Shown here: positions 38,492 to 47,731 of the stretch, one piece after another | Layout of the letters: each line of letters opens with the position of its first letter | Position numbering within the stretch: position 1 is the stretch's first letter | Origin: Thermoplasmata archaeon | GTDB lineage: Archaea > Thermoplasmatota > Thermoplasmata > Lutacidiplasmatales > UBA184 | Assembly (NCBI GenBank): GCA_021809545.1 | Contig: JAKAYL010000002.1 | Span: 2,340-66,339 of the forward strand | Length of the DNA: 64,000 nucleotides | Reading direction: 5' to 3' | Program-made: the position numbers and the translations under genes | The notes under the pieces: model-generated | The model's input: the letters and a program-made list of their open reading frames with translations, nothing else | What the model was told of the DNA's origin: nothing | Database searches by the model: none

Positions 38492-40500
38492 GGCACACCC
38501 TCCGACGAGGGACCCAACAGTCTCTGTATCACCTCCTCAACATGTGAGGCGCTCATTCCCAAGTGCTCCGCTACCTTGTTGCCGGGGCCTGAGGCACCGA
38601 ACCGATCGATCCCCAGTGCGACTCCCCGGTCTCCCACGTACCGGGACCAACCCATCGTGGAGGCCGCCTCCAGGGAGACGCGGGGGAGGTGGGGGAGGAG
38701 AACGGCGCCACGATACTCGGGCGTCTGCTCCTCAAAGAGTTCCCACGAGGGCATCGAGACGACCCGGAGGCCGATCCCCCGGGTGGCCAAGTTCTTCTGG
38801 ACCGTGAGGGCGAGCACGACCTCGGAGCCCGTCGCCAGCAGGACCGCGCGGGGTGCTGCCCCTGCGGGTTCCGAGAGGACGTACGCGCCGCGGGCCACCC
38901 CTTCCTGGGCCTTCGACCCGGTCCCTTCGAGCACGGGAAGCTTCTGTCGCGAGAGAACGAGGGAGACCGGCCCCTTCCGCTCCAGCATCACCCTCCATGC
39001 GGCGGAAACCTCGTTCGCGTCGGCCGGACGGATCACCGTCATGCCCGGCATCGCGCGCAAGCTGGCGAGGTGCTCGATGGGCTGGTGGGTCGGACCGTCC
39101 TCCCCTACCCAGACACTGTCGTGCGTGAAGATGAAGAGGGAATGCACTCCCATCAATGCGGAGAGCCGAAGGGAGGGCCGGGCGTAGTCCGAGAAGACGA
39201 AGAAGGTGGCACCGTACGGGAGCAGCCCCCCGTGGAGCGCCATGCCGTTGACGATGGCTACCATAGCATTCTCGCGTACCCCGAAGTGGAGGTTGCGGGC
39301 CCCCTCGGTCTTCCCATCGAAGCTACCCATCCCCTTGAGGAGTGTCTTCGTGGACGGGGCCAGATCGGCCGAGCCGCCGATGAGGAGCGGAACGGCGGCC
39401 GCCACCGCATTCATCACCTTCTCGGAGGCCTCGCGGGTCGCGAGCGGGGGATCGCCCACTGCAAAGGCGGGCAGCGCTCGCGACCAGTTTTCGGGGAGGC
39501 GGCCTCCGATCGTGCGCTCGAACTCCTCCGCCTCGGATGGAAAACGCGACTGGTAGGTGGAGAAGAGCTCGTCCCAGGCCGCTTCCGCCGCGCGCCCGCG
39601 TTCCAGGGCCTTGCGCAAATGGGTGCGGGCCTCCTCGGGAAAGTAGAAGGGGGGTTCGACGGGGAAGCCGAGAGCGGTCTTCGTGGCCCGTGTGTTCTCC
39701 GGGCCGAGCGGCTCCCCATGGGCTTCCTTGGTGTCCTGCCGGGGGCTCCCGTATCCGATGTGCGTGCGGACCTGGATCAGGGTGGGACGGTCCCGACGTG
39801 AGGTGGCCTGCTGCAGGGCGGCATCGAGCGCTTCGACGTCGTTCCCGTCGGCGACACGAAGGACCCTCCAGCCGTAGGCCTCGAACCGGGCCGGAACGTT
39901 CTCGGTGAAGGAGAGCTCGGTCGATCCCTCCAACGAGATGTGATTGTCGTCGTAGAGATAGACCAGCTTGCCGAGCCCCAGATGGCCGGCCAGGGAGGCC
40001 GCCTCCGAGGCGATCCCCTCCATGAGGTCCCCGTCCGAGACGAGGCCATAGGTGAAGTGGTCGGTCAACGGGAATCCTTCGCGGTTGAAACGGGCGGCGA
40101 GGTGCTCCTCCGCAAGGGCCATCCCGACGCCCATGGCGAATCCCTGACCGAGCGGACCGGTGGTCGCTTCGACCCCGGGGGTGTGCCGATATTCGGGATG
40201 TCCGGGAGTGCGGCTGCCCATCTGACGGAACTGCTTCAGGTCCTCGAGGGTCAGGTCATATCCCGTGGCGTGAAGAAGGGCATAGAGGAGCGCGGACCCA
40301 TGGCCCGCAGAAAGGACGAACCGATCCCGGTTCCACCATCGGGGGTTGGCAGGGTTGTGCCGTAGCCGTCGGTCCCACAGCACGTAGGCCATGGGGGCGG
40401 CGCCGAGGGGAAGCCCCGGGTGTCCCGACCGGGCCTGCTCCACGGAGTCCACCGCCAGGAAGCGGAGGGAGTTGATGCAGAGCTGATCGAGATCACTCAT
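38488..40500 (-). CDS. tkt: Transketolase (single-chain bacterial type)
   Basis: [41 protein letters not shown] and GEDGPTHQP. Confidence 0.96.
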   Translation of the reverse strand: MSDLDQLCINSLRFLAVDSVEQARSGHPGLPLGAAPMAYVLWDRRLRHNPANPRWWNRDRFVLSAGHGSALLYALLHATGYDLTLEDLKQFRQMGSRTPGHPEYRHTPGVEATTGPLGQGFAMGVGMALAEEHLAARFNREGFPLTDHFTYGLVSDGDLMEGIASEAASLAGHLGLGKLVYLYDDNHISLEGSTELSFTENVPARFEAYGWRVLRVADGNDVEALDAALQQATSRRDRPTLIQVRTHIGYGSPRQDTKEAHGEPLGPENTRATKTALGFPVEPPFYFPEEARTHLRKALERGRAAEAAWDELFSTYQSRFPSEAEEFERTIGGRLPENWSRALPAFAVGDPPLATREASEKVMNAVAAAVPLLIGGSADLAPSTKTLLKGMGSFDGKTEGARNLHFGVRENAMVAIVNGMALHGGLLPYGATFFVFSDYARPSLRLSALMGVHSLFIFTHDSVWVGEDGPTHQPIEHLASLRAMPGMTVIRPADANEVSAAWRVMLERKGPVSLVLSRQKLPVLEGTGSKAQEGVARGAYVLSEPAGAAPRAVLLATGSEVVLALTVQKNLATRGIGLRVVSMPSWELFEEQTPEYRGAVLLPHLPRVSLEAASTMGWSRYVGDRGVALGIDRFGASGPGNKVAEHLGMSASHVEEVIQRLLGPSSEGVP

Positions 40501-40611
40501 CGTGCCTATGTCAAGCAGCGACCGTATTTCTACTTGCCGAGGCGTGCAGAGGAATGCGATCCACCGGGCGAAGGCGACGCGTGCCCTGTCCGGGGTACGG
40601 ACCCTCGGCCC

Positions 40612-41181
40612 TCAGTAGGGAGTTCCGCACTTGTTGCAGAACTTGCTGTCGGGGGAGACCCTCGGGGAGAAGCACTTGGGGCAGCTTCCGGTAGGGACCG
40701 CGGCGGCAGCGGGCGAACGAGCGGGCACGTTCGGAGAGGAAACCTCGGTGGGCACCACCGAGGGTTCGGGAGCGCTCCCTGCGAGGGGGACGAGCGCCTC
40801 CCGGGCCCGGTCGAGGAAAAGCCCCGGTACGATCCCGCCGAAGAGGAAGGCGAGGAGGAGACGGCTCCCCCCGAGCACGGAGCGGCTCTGCGCGTAATTC
40901 CTCTTCTTCCAGAGGAGCAGTTGGCCGGCGCGGACGGTGAACGCCAGGTAGAGGTCCACGGCACCGCCGATGGCCAGAAGGCCGAGCGCGACGACGGGCA
41001 ACCCTTCCCACGGGAAACGCGGGGTGACGTAGATGGTGTACCCTATCCATGCGGCGAGGACAACGAGAACCGCCCCGATACCACCGGCGGCCGCGGTCAT
41101 ACGCTTCAGTTCCTGATCCGCCACCTCGGCCTCGACCGGGAGCGGTTCCTGCCTTTCGCTGCTCATGCTTGCTGTCCTCAT
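40612..41181 (-). CDS. Membrane protein with C-terminal zinc ribbon
   Basis: About 3 TMs; CPKC...FCNKCG; GAGGAG before ATG 41181. Confidence 0.75.
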   Translation of the reverse strand: MRTASMSSERQEPLPVEAEVADQELKRMTAAAGGIGAVLVVLAAWIGYTIYVTPRFPWEGLPVVALGLLAIGGAVDLYLAFTVRAGQLLLWKKRNYAQSRSVLGGSRLLLAFLFGGIVPGLFLDRAREALVPLAGSAPEPSVVPTEVSSPNVPARSPAAAAVPTGSCPKCFSPRVSPDSKFCNKCGTPY

Positions 41182-41188
41182 CTTCTCC

Positions 41189-41743
41189 TCACAGCGGGCA
41201 CGTGTGGGCGTGACCGTCCATGGCGTAGACCGTAGTGAGGAATGTGCTGCTGCCATCGAGGATGACTCCCTCCTGCCAGGCAACGAAATTGATCCCGTAC
41301 CCGAAGCTCAGGCAATCGTACTCGGAGGCTGTGAGCCAGGTCGAGTTGACCGAGGCCCCGTCCAAGCCGCGGGCGAGGCTGTAGTTGAGCAGGTGGACGG
41401 GTTCCGAGAGCTCGATGTACGAGCTCAGGGGAGAACCCCCGGAGACGTTCGCCGTGGCGACGACGAAATCCGACGTGACCTCGATCGAATAGGCGTGCCC
41501 CGAGATCTCGGCAGGGAGTTGGACCCCGACGAAACTATGGTTGTAGAAGAAGGGCTGCGAGACGCTCGCCCCCACCCCTTCGATACGGTCGATGTGGTCC
41601 GCCACGAGCGAGGCCACGTTCCCGAGCCCGATCCCGAGCGCATAGTTGTTCTCGGCCGAGGCAAAGATCACGTCGGCAGTGACCACGAGGCCCAATACCA
41701 GGATCGACACGATGCCGAGGGAGATCGCCCAATCGTAGATCAT
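41189..41743 (-). CDS. Pilin-like/accessory protein with N-terminal hydrophobic helix and no charged leader
   Basis: MIYDWAISLGIVSILVLG followed by an amphipathic helix; ATGA-coupled to the upstream pilin. Confidence 0.65.
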   Translation of the reverse strand: MIYDWAISLGIVSILVLGLVVTADVIFASAENNYALGIGLGNVASLVADHIDRIEGVGASVSQPFFYNHSFVGVQLPAEISGHAYSIEVTSDFVVATANVSGGSPLSSYIELSEPVHLLNYSLARGLDGASVNSTWLTASEYDCLSFGYGINFVAWQEGVILDGSSTFLTTVYAMDGHAHTCPL

Positions 41744-42279
41744 GGGAGGATCTTGACCTCCACGAAGGTCTTCGCGTAGGTCGAGGGGACCCCGCAGAGG
41801 GGCGAGCCCAACTCCACCTTGGTGAAGCCGAGGGTGTAACTCCCGGACGGGAGCGTGAGCGGGAGCGAGGTGGGATGGCCCGCCTGGCAGGAGAAGTTGC
41901 TCGCGTAAACGAGGGTCGCCCCGTTGTCGAACTGCACAAGGTACGAATGCCCCCCGATGAGGAACGTCACGTACGTGGCGTTGGGGTTGAGAGTGCTACC
42001 CTGGAAGAGCGCGGCCCCCACCAGGATCTTGCCCTGCTGGTTCACCGTGACTCCGAGGGTGAGGGTCGTGTTCGCGCCCCCGTCGTAGGTCTCCACCACG
42101 GTATTCGCGATCGAGGAGGCCTGTTGCTGGAGCGCCAAGAATTGCTGGCTGGTGAGGTAGGTGGCGAGCGCGCTCACCATGATGGGGATGACGATGAGCA
42201 GGATGATCACGATGATGATGAGCTCGAGAGGGACGTCGGTGACCCCCCGGCGGTTGCGCCGCGCGTGCCTTCCCCTCAT
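41740..42279 (-). CDS. Type IV pilin-like protein (class III signal peptide)
   Basis: MRGRHARRNRRG|VTDVPLELIIIVIILL; ATG 42279 overlaps the upstream TGA. Confidence 0.8.
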   Translation of the reverse strand: MRGRHARRNRRGVTDVPLELIIIVIILLIVIPIMVSALATYLTSQQFLALQQQASSIANTVVETYDGGANTTLTLGVTVNQQGKILVGAALFQGSTLNPNATYVTFLIGGHSYLVQFDNGATLVYASNFSCQAGHPTSLPLTLPSGSYTLGFTKVELGSPLCGVPSTYAKTFVEVKILP

Positions 42280-42776
42280 GTGACGATCACCAGCGAGGTC
42301 GAGTAGGTCTGCGAGGAGGAGCCACCCAGGGCTCCCGGGGGATCGTAGAGGGCCGAGATGGGGAGGACACAGCTGTTCGAGTGCGCCGGGAGAGTCGGGA
42401 TCGGGAGGAGGAACATCGCGGTCCCGTTCGAAAGCGTGTGCTGGATCTGGTCGATCCCGCACCCGTCGACCGTCACCGTGACCCCGCCTAGGGTGCCTCC
42501 GGACTGGGCCCAGGCCGTGGCGAGGAAGAGGAGGGGCTGCTTCCAAGCCCCGAAGACGTTCTCCCCCGCGAGAGAGCCCGAGGGGGTGGCCAGAGACAGG
42601 GAGTTGAGCGTGTGGGCACGGGAGTAGACGAAGAGCTCGAGGAGTATGCTGGTCCCGACGGCGATGAGGAGCATCGAGATGAGGAGGGTGAGCGGCAATC
42701 CCTCGAGGACCCCCCGGCGGCTGCGAAAGAGCCGGGCGCGGCGCCCGTGGCCCGATGATCCCCTTCTTCCCGACAT
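42276..42776 (-). CDS. Type IV pilin-like protein (class III signal peptide)
   Basis: RSRRG|VLEGLPLTLLISMLLI followed by a small Ig-like domain. Confidence 0.8.
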   Translation of the reverse strand: MSGRRGSSGHGRRARLFRSRRGVLEGLPLTLLISMLLIAVGTSILLELFVYSRAHTLNSLSLATPSGSLAGENVFGAWKQPLLFLATAWAQSGGTLGGVTVTVDGCGIDQIQHTLSNGTAMFLLPIPTLPAHSNSCVLPISALYDPPGALGGSSSQTYSTSLVIVT

Positions 42777-42794
42777 GCTTTGCCTGCCTCCGTC

Positions 42795-44909
42795 CTAACC
42801 GATGACGCTCACCACATAGACGCCGAGGGCCGATGCGAAGAGGAACACGAGTACGGCCACCCAGAGGTACTTGCCCAACATCATGCGGAGCGAGATGGGG
42901 TCCCCGCCCGACTCCACGCCCGTCGTGAAGAAGCTGATGACCGCCACCATCTCGATGAGGAAGGATCCTAGAACGACGAAGAAGACGGGGATGGACACGG
43001 AGAGCAGGCCGCCCGCGATCGTGTTCGACAGCAGCAGGTAGAGCGCTCCCGTCATGCCGAGCACCATGGGCGAGAGGCTGAAGGCGGTGGCCTTCATCAT
43101 CGAGGTCGTGGGCTTCAGGGCGTTCGTCAACGTCCGGTCGACCTGGCGGATCTGGTTGAGATAGTCGGCCATGGGCACCACGGTCCGCCCCACGGCCTCG
43201 GGTCCCTTCGAGGTGGCCTCAAGGAGGGCGCGCATCGAGACCTTGACGAGGCGCGAAGGATAGAGCTCGATGAGGCCCGGACCCTTGGTCCCCCCGAAGA
43301 TGACCTGGTCAGCCGGGGCTCCCGTCACCCGCATCGAGTGCACGATCCTCCGGAAGAAGACGGCGACCTCGGCGCCCGACATCGACTCCGCGGTCCGCTC
43401 GAGGGCGCGTTCCATCGACATCCCTTCGGTGATCCGGTTGCCCACCTGGAAGAGGGCGTCCGGGATCTCGTTCTCGAGCTTCTGGAGGGCGCGCATCGCC
43501 GCGTACGAGTCCCGGTTGTTCAGGAAGAAGTAGGTGGAGAGACCGCAGCCGACGCCTGCGACCAGCGGGAGGACGTAGAGCGGTTCGAAGACCGACCCGA
43601 TCCATCCCGCGTAGAACGGGTAGGCAACGGCACCGACGAGAGCGCCGACGAGGAGGGAGAGAAGGGTGACCGTCGTCGCGGGGAGCGTCTCCTGCACCTC
43701 CCCGGGATGGGGGGGCTTGATCGTCCCCGGTCGCTTCGAGAGCACCTGGGCAGAGTAAAGGTAGGCCATGAGGGGGAAGAGGACCCCGATCAAGAGGATG
43801 AACCCCACATTCACGACCAGGATCTCGGACGGAGGCAGCGGCTGGGAGGCCAGGGACCCCGTGGTCCCGGTCGCCTGGAGCGCGGAGGGGGCCCCGAAGG
43901 TGTTGAGGTTGGCGAGGAAGATGAGCGGGAGCATGGCCCCGATGATCATGGGAAGGAGGATCCCGAAGGCGAAGAGCACGGTCGTCGGGCTCTGCATGGC
44001 CACGGCGAACTCCTCGATCTTCTTCTGCGTGCTGGTGAGGATCGTCTCGAGCCCCTTCTCCAGGCTCTTGGCAAGACCCTCGTCAGTGTGCTCCATCGGG
44101 GCCATTCGGATGGAGTACATCGCCCGCTTGAAGTCCTCGTTCCAGTGCCCCCACTCGTCGGCGAAGGACATGAAAGCGTCCTCGATGGAGGACTTGACCT
44201 TGGTGTGCACATCCCAGAGGACCTTCTTCAGGCTCCCCGCCAGCGGCTCGTCCACGTTCTCGCTGGCGTAGCGCACGGCGAGGTCGAGGGAGGGGTTGAG
44301 CCGCATGGACATGACCATGTAGTAGACGGTCTCCGGGGCCCGTCCCAGGGCCTGGACCCGCAGGCGGTTCGAGAGCCAGAAGGGGTAGTTGTAGAGATAG
44401 ATGTAAACCAGGAAAGGAACGGAGATGATGCTGACCGCGAGGAGACCGCTGAAGATCCCTATGATGAAGGCGGAGAGGGCCAGGGTCACCACGAAGACCG
44501 CGAGGAGGACGGCGGCGGTGAGGATCGTGCCGACGATCGCCGTTGCGTACACCTCGTGGGGTGTCACGTCGAGGCCGGAGAAGTACAGCTCGCGCTTGAG
44601 CTGCACCTGGTTCACCACCTTGTCGAGGTAATCCACCCTCTGCTTGAGGGACCTTGCCCGGGACTTCAGGCGTCGCATCTCCTGGGTGTGGGAACCCTCG
44701 AGAAGCTCGGTACGTGCGAGGGAATCCTCCACCTCCCGAAGCTCGGTCCGGGCCTTGTCGAGCCGCTCCGCCTGAACCTTCCGGGATTCCTCCGAGGCCA
44801 GCTTCCGGGAGTACCCCTGGCCGATGTGATGGCACAACCAGACGTACCAACCGCCCTCGGCCTCGTCGTCCATGACGGGGTCGGGGGCCCCCGGTCCGTT
44901 CATGGGCAC
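42795..44909 (-). CDS. Type II secretion F/TadC-like membrane platform protein (two domains)
   Basis: Two repeats of soluble helical domain plus TMs (APETVYYMVMSMRLNPSL; EIPDALFQVGNRITEGMSME); adjacent to the ATPase. Confidence 0.85.
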   Translation of the reverse strand: MPMNGPGAPDPVMDDEAEGGWYVWLCHHIGQGYSRKLASEESRKVQAERLDKARTELREVEDSLARTELLEGSHTQEMRRLKSRARSLKQRVDYLDKVVNQVQLKRELYFSGLDVTPHEVYATAIVGTILTAAVLLAVFVVTLALSAFIIGIFSGLLAVSIISVPFLVYIYLYNYPFWLSNRLRVQALGRAPETVYYMVMSMRLNPSLDLAVRYASENVDEPLAGSLKKVLWDVHTKVKSSIEDAFMSFADEWGHWNEDFKRAMYSIRMAPMEHTDEGLAKSLEKGLETILTSTQKKIEEFAVAMQSPTTVLFAFGILLPMIIGAMLPLIFLANLNTFGAPSALQATGTTGSLASQPLPPSEILVVNVGFILLIGVLFPLMAYLYSAQVLSKRPGTIKPPHPGEVQETLPATTVTLLSLLVGALVGAVAYPFYAGWIGSVFEPLYVLPLVAGVGCGLSTYFFLNNRDSYAAMRALQKLENEIPDALFQVGNRITEGMSMERALERTAESMSGAEVAVFFRRIVHSMRVTGAPADQVIFGGTKGPGLIELYPSRLVKVSMRALLEATSKGPEAVGRTVVPMADYLNQIRQVDRTLTNALKPTTSMMKATAFSLSPMVLGMTGALYLLLSNTIAGGLLSVSIPVFFVVLGSFLIEMVAVISFFTTGVESGGDPISLRMMLGKYLWVAVLVFLFASALGVYVVSVIG

Positions 44910-44963
44910 CCCTCCTTGGGGACTCCCGGGACGGCCGTACCTGCGGATCGCTCGACCACGGAT

Positions 44964-46925
44964 CTATCGACCACCATGCACTGCCTTGGCGAACCAGGAC
45001 CGCCATTCCGACAGGACCTGATCGTAAGAAAGGGTGTGCGCCCGCTGCTCGTCCTTGTGGCGCTCCATGATCTCCCAGAAGACCGTGTTCGAGGAACTCA
45101 CCCAGTTCGCGCCGAGCAGGTCGGGACGGTTGTGCTCGGCAGAGAAGTTCACGATATCCTCCCGGTACTTCCCGCGGACGCTGATGTTCTGGAGGGCCTC
45201 CTCGTAGGACATTCCCCACGAGTCGGCGATGGTACGGATCCGCTGCGAGGCCTTCGCCATGCGCTTCCCCATCTCCATCGAGTCGGTCTCCTCCTGGTAC
45301 GACATGAGATCCTCGAACACCCCGAGGTCCGGCGCGTTCTTGTCGAGCTCTGCGATCTGGGTCACCCGGCGGGACTGGGTCCGCACCGAGCCGCCCAGAT
45401 TCACAAGGCCGGAGATGACCACGATGTCCGTGGCGTTGAAGGAGGTGGGAGCGATCCCGAGGTCGTGCACGACCCGCTCGTAGACGGAGTGGGCGCTGTT
45501 CCCGTGGATCGTCCCGAGCACCGCGCTGCCGGCGGTGCCGGCCCGCATGGCCTCGTAGAGGGTCTTCGCCTCGTGACCCCGCACTTCACCCAGGATGATG
45601 GCGCTCTCTCCGAGACGGAGGGAGACCTTGAGGGCGTCGTCCACGCTGAGCTCGCTCTGCTGTCCCGCCACCGCGCTCCGCACGAAGATGGTCTGGACCT
45701 TGTAGCCCAGCCGCCGCATCTCGATGGTCGGGAGCTCGAGCGTATCCTCAACGGTCAGGATGCGTTGGCTCTTCGGGAACTCGAGCATGAGGGCCCCGAC
45801 GAGCGAGGTCTTTCCAGCCCCTCGCGCCCCCGAGACCAGCATGGCCGAGCGGCCATCCACGAGGAAGGAGAGAAGGCCGGCGGCCTCCGGAGTGAGCGAT
45901 TTCATGCTGATCAGCTTGAGGAGGGTCCAGGGATCCGTCGCATGCCGCCGGAGGGTGATGGCGATCCCGTCGGGGGAGAGCGGTGGCCCGATGACCGAGG
46001 CCCGAGTGTTGTACTCCTTGAGGTCCGTCTCGAGGATCGGCATCGCTTCCGAGTAGGCCCGGCCGCTCTCGATGCGGAGGCGGGCCAGGATCGACTCGGC
46101 CTCCTCATCGGTGAGGATGATGTTGGTCAGCGCCTTGTCCCCGATCCGGGCGTCGGGATACCCAGTGATCCTCAGATGGATCCGGTTCTCCGAGGCGGGC
46201 GCATCGATGTAGACATCCTGGATGTGCGGATCCTGCAGGAGGAGCTGTACGACACCGAGGCCGGTCACGTGCCGTGAGAGGATCTCCGAGAGTTCCTTGA
46301 GCCGGGCGAGCGTCGCGCTCGATGTGCTCCCGAGGCTGATCCCCAGCTCCTTCGCCCGCTTGTAGAGCAGCTTCTCGACCACATCCTCGACGTACTGCCG
46401 GGTCTGCTCCATCCGCACGAGCTTCACGTGCTTCGGATACCATTGCAGGAGTTCCTTACGGACGGAATCGAGCAGGTGGATGTGCTGGGGGGTGAGCTTG
46501 TAGTCGGACAGGTCCAGATGATAGAGGGTGTCGATCTCGTTGGGGAGCTGGTAGATGGAGACCCGGCTGCGGCCGAGGGCGTACTGGTGGAGGAGTACCC
46601 CGTTCTCCGGGTGAGCGCTCGCGATCCAGCAACCCGAGAAGCCCGGGCGCGTCCGGACATCTCTCTGGAAGATGTGGCGGATCCCTTCGTTCATCCGAAC
46701 GGAAGACACCGCCTCCAGGTTCCGCAAGGCGAGGATGGCGGGGGGCAGCGGGGCTGCGGACCGGGCAACGGGGGGAGTCGCCGATGCCGGTCGGGGCGGG
46801 GGTGCGGCGGCAGGGGTAGATTTCGGCAAGGCCTTCCCGCAGGAGCTGCAGAAGGCGCTCCCATCGGGGCTCGCTCGCCCGCAGTTCGTGCATCGGGGGC
46901 TGTGGGCTCCGGTTCCAGCGATCAT
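44964..46925 (-). CDS. Type II/IV secretion (TadA/VirB11/PilB-like) ATPase with N-terminal zinc ribbon
   Basis: Walker A GARGAGKT, Asp box TVEDTLEL, Walker B IILGEVRG and GTIHG; CTNC...CSSC at the N-terminus. ATG 46925 overlaps the upstream TGA. Confidence 0.93.
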   Translation of the reverse strand: MIAGTGAHSPRCTNCGRASPDGSAFCSSCGKALPKSTPAAAPPPRPASATPPVARSAAPLPPAILALRNLEAVSSVRMNEGIRHIFQRDVRTRPGFSGCWIASAHPENGVLLHQYALGRSRVSIYQLPNEIDTLYHLDLSDYKLTPQHIHLLDSVRKELLQWYPKHVKLVRMEQTRQYVEDVVEKLLYKRAKELGISLGSTSSATLARLKELSEILSRHVTGLGVVQLLLQDPHIQDVYIDAPASENRIHLRITGYPDARIGDKALTNIILTDEEAESILARLRIESGRAYSEAMPILETDLKEYNTRASVIGPPLSPDGIAITLRRHATDPWTLLKLISMKSLTPEAAGLLSFLVDGRSAMLVSGARGAGKTSLVGALMLEFPKSQRILTVEDTLELPTIEMRRLGYKVQTIFVRSAVAGQQSELSVDDALKVSLRLGESAIILGEVRGHEAKTLYEAMRAGTAGSAVLGTIHGNSAHSVYERVVHDLGIAPTSFNATDIVVISGLVNLGGSVRTQSRRVTQIAELDKNAPDLGVFEDLMSYQEETDSMEMGKRMAKASQRIRTIADSWGMSYEEALQNISVRGKYREDIVNFSAEHNRPDLLGANWVSSSNTVFWEIMERHKDEQRAHTLSYDQVLSEWRSWFAKAVHGGR

Positions 46926-47731
46926 GCTTCCCCCTTCGCGTCGGCGGCAGGCTCCGCAGGCTCGCCTTCGGTCCGGCCCGACAAGCGCAGGTGGGCCTCC
47001 AGTTCGACGAGCTTCTCCGAAAGTGCCACAAAGTCCGAGGCGGAGGAAGCGAGGCATCGGCTGCAACCTTCCTCCTTCGTGCCCCGAGAGAGCGCGAGGG
47101 CCTTGGCACGGAGATCGGAATCGAAACCGCTGTATCCGGAGAGCAACGCCCGGTTCATCGCCGGGAACATGGTCCTAGGATTGTACGGACAGTTCGGGCA
47201 GTCCAGGTGCCTTACGACCCGAAGGATGGCGGCACGCTCCGACCGCAGGTGGCGGGCGACCTCGGCCGCATGCTTTGGCCCCGAGATCCGGAACGTGGGG
47301 TCGGCCGAGAGCAACGGACCGGGGAGCACTCCCGGGCCCGAGGCCATCGCCTCCAGCTCTGCGATGACGCCATCCACCTGCCCGTCAGGGAAGATGAGCC
47401 CCGCAGTGAAGGGGTGAGGCGACCGTAGGGAGAACTGCTCGATGAGCTTGGTGAGCGCGACGAGGGTCTTCAGGAAACGGACCGAGTCCCCGACGTACTG
47501 CCGCTCCATCGCCCCCGTGATGGTGATGGTGTCCACGTAGGGCTCCGTGGTGAGGATGTGGGTGACGACCGACATGCATTGCGAACTCAGTATCCCGGAG
47601 GGCCCTTCGCAAGCCGCGCACTTGAGGACGAGGTTCATCGACCGGCCCTCGGACTTGATCTCGTAGGTGAACTGCGGAAGTCGGTTGGCGTAACTGGTGG
47701 CCTCTCCTTTGGTGTTCTTTGCTTTCGTCAT
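46922..47731 (-). CDS. Cys-rich soluble protein coupled to the secretion ATPase
   Basis: CAAC...C, CPNC and CSRC; ATGA overlaps on both sides. Confidence 0.7.
   Translation of the reverse strand: MTKAKNTKGEATSYANRLPQFTYEIKSEGRSMNLVLKCAACEGPSGILSSQCMSVVTHILTTEPYVDTITITGAMERQYVGDSVRFLKTLVALTKLIEQFSLRSPHPFTAGLIFPDGQVDGVIAELEAMASGPGVLPGPLLSADPTFRISGPKHAAEVARHLRSERAAILRVVRHLDCPNCPYNPRTMFPAMNRALLSGYSGFDSDLRAKALALSRGTKEEGCSRCLASSASDFVALSEKLVELEAHLRLSGRTEGEPAEPAADAKGEA

Noticed and set aside
43338-46277. 979-aa + strand ORF, and similar long antisense ORFs such as 11057..13162 and 47719..49530
   Set aside because: They lie opposite well-supported genes and have the Arg/Gly/His-rich composition typical of shadow frames.
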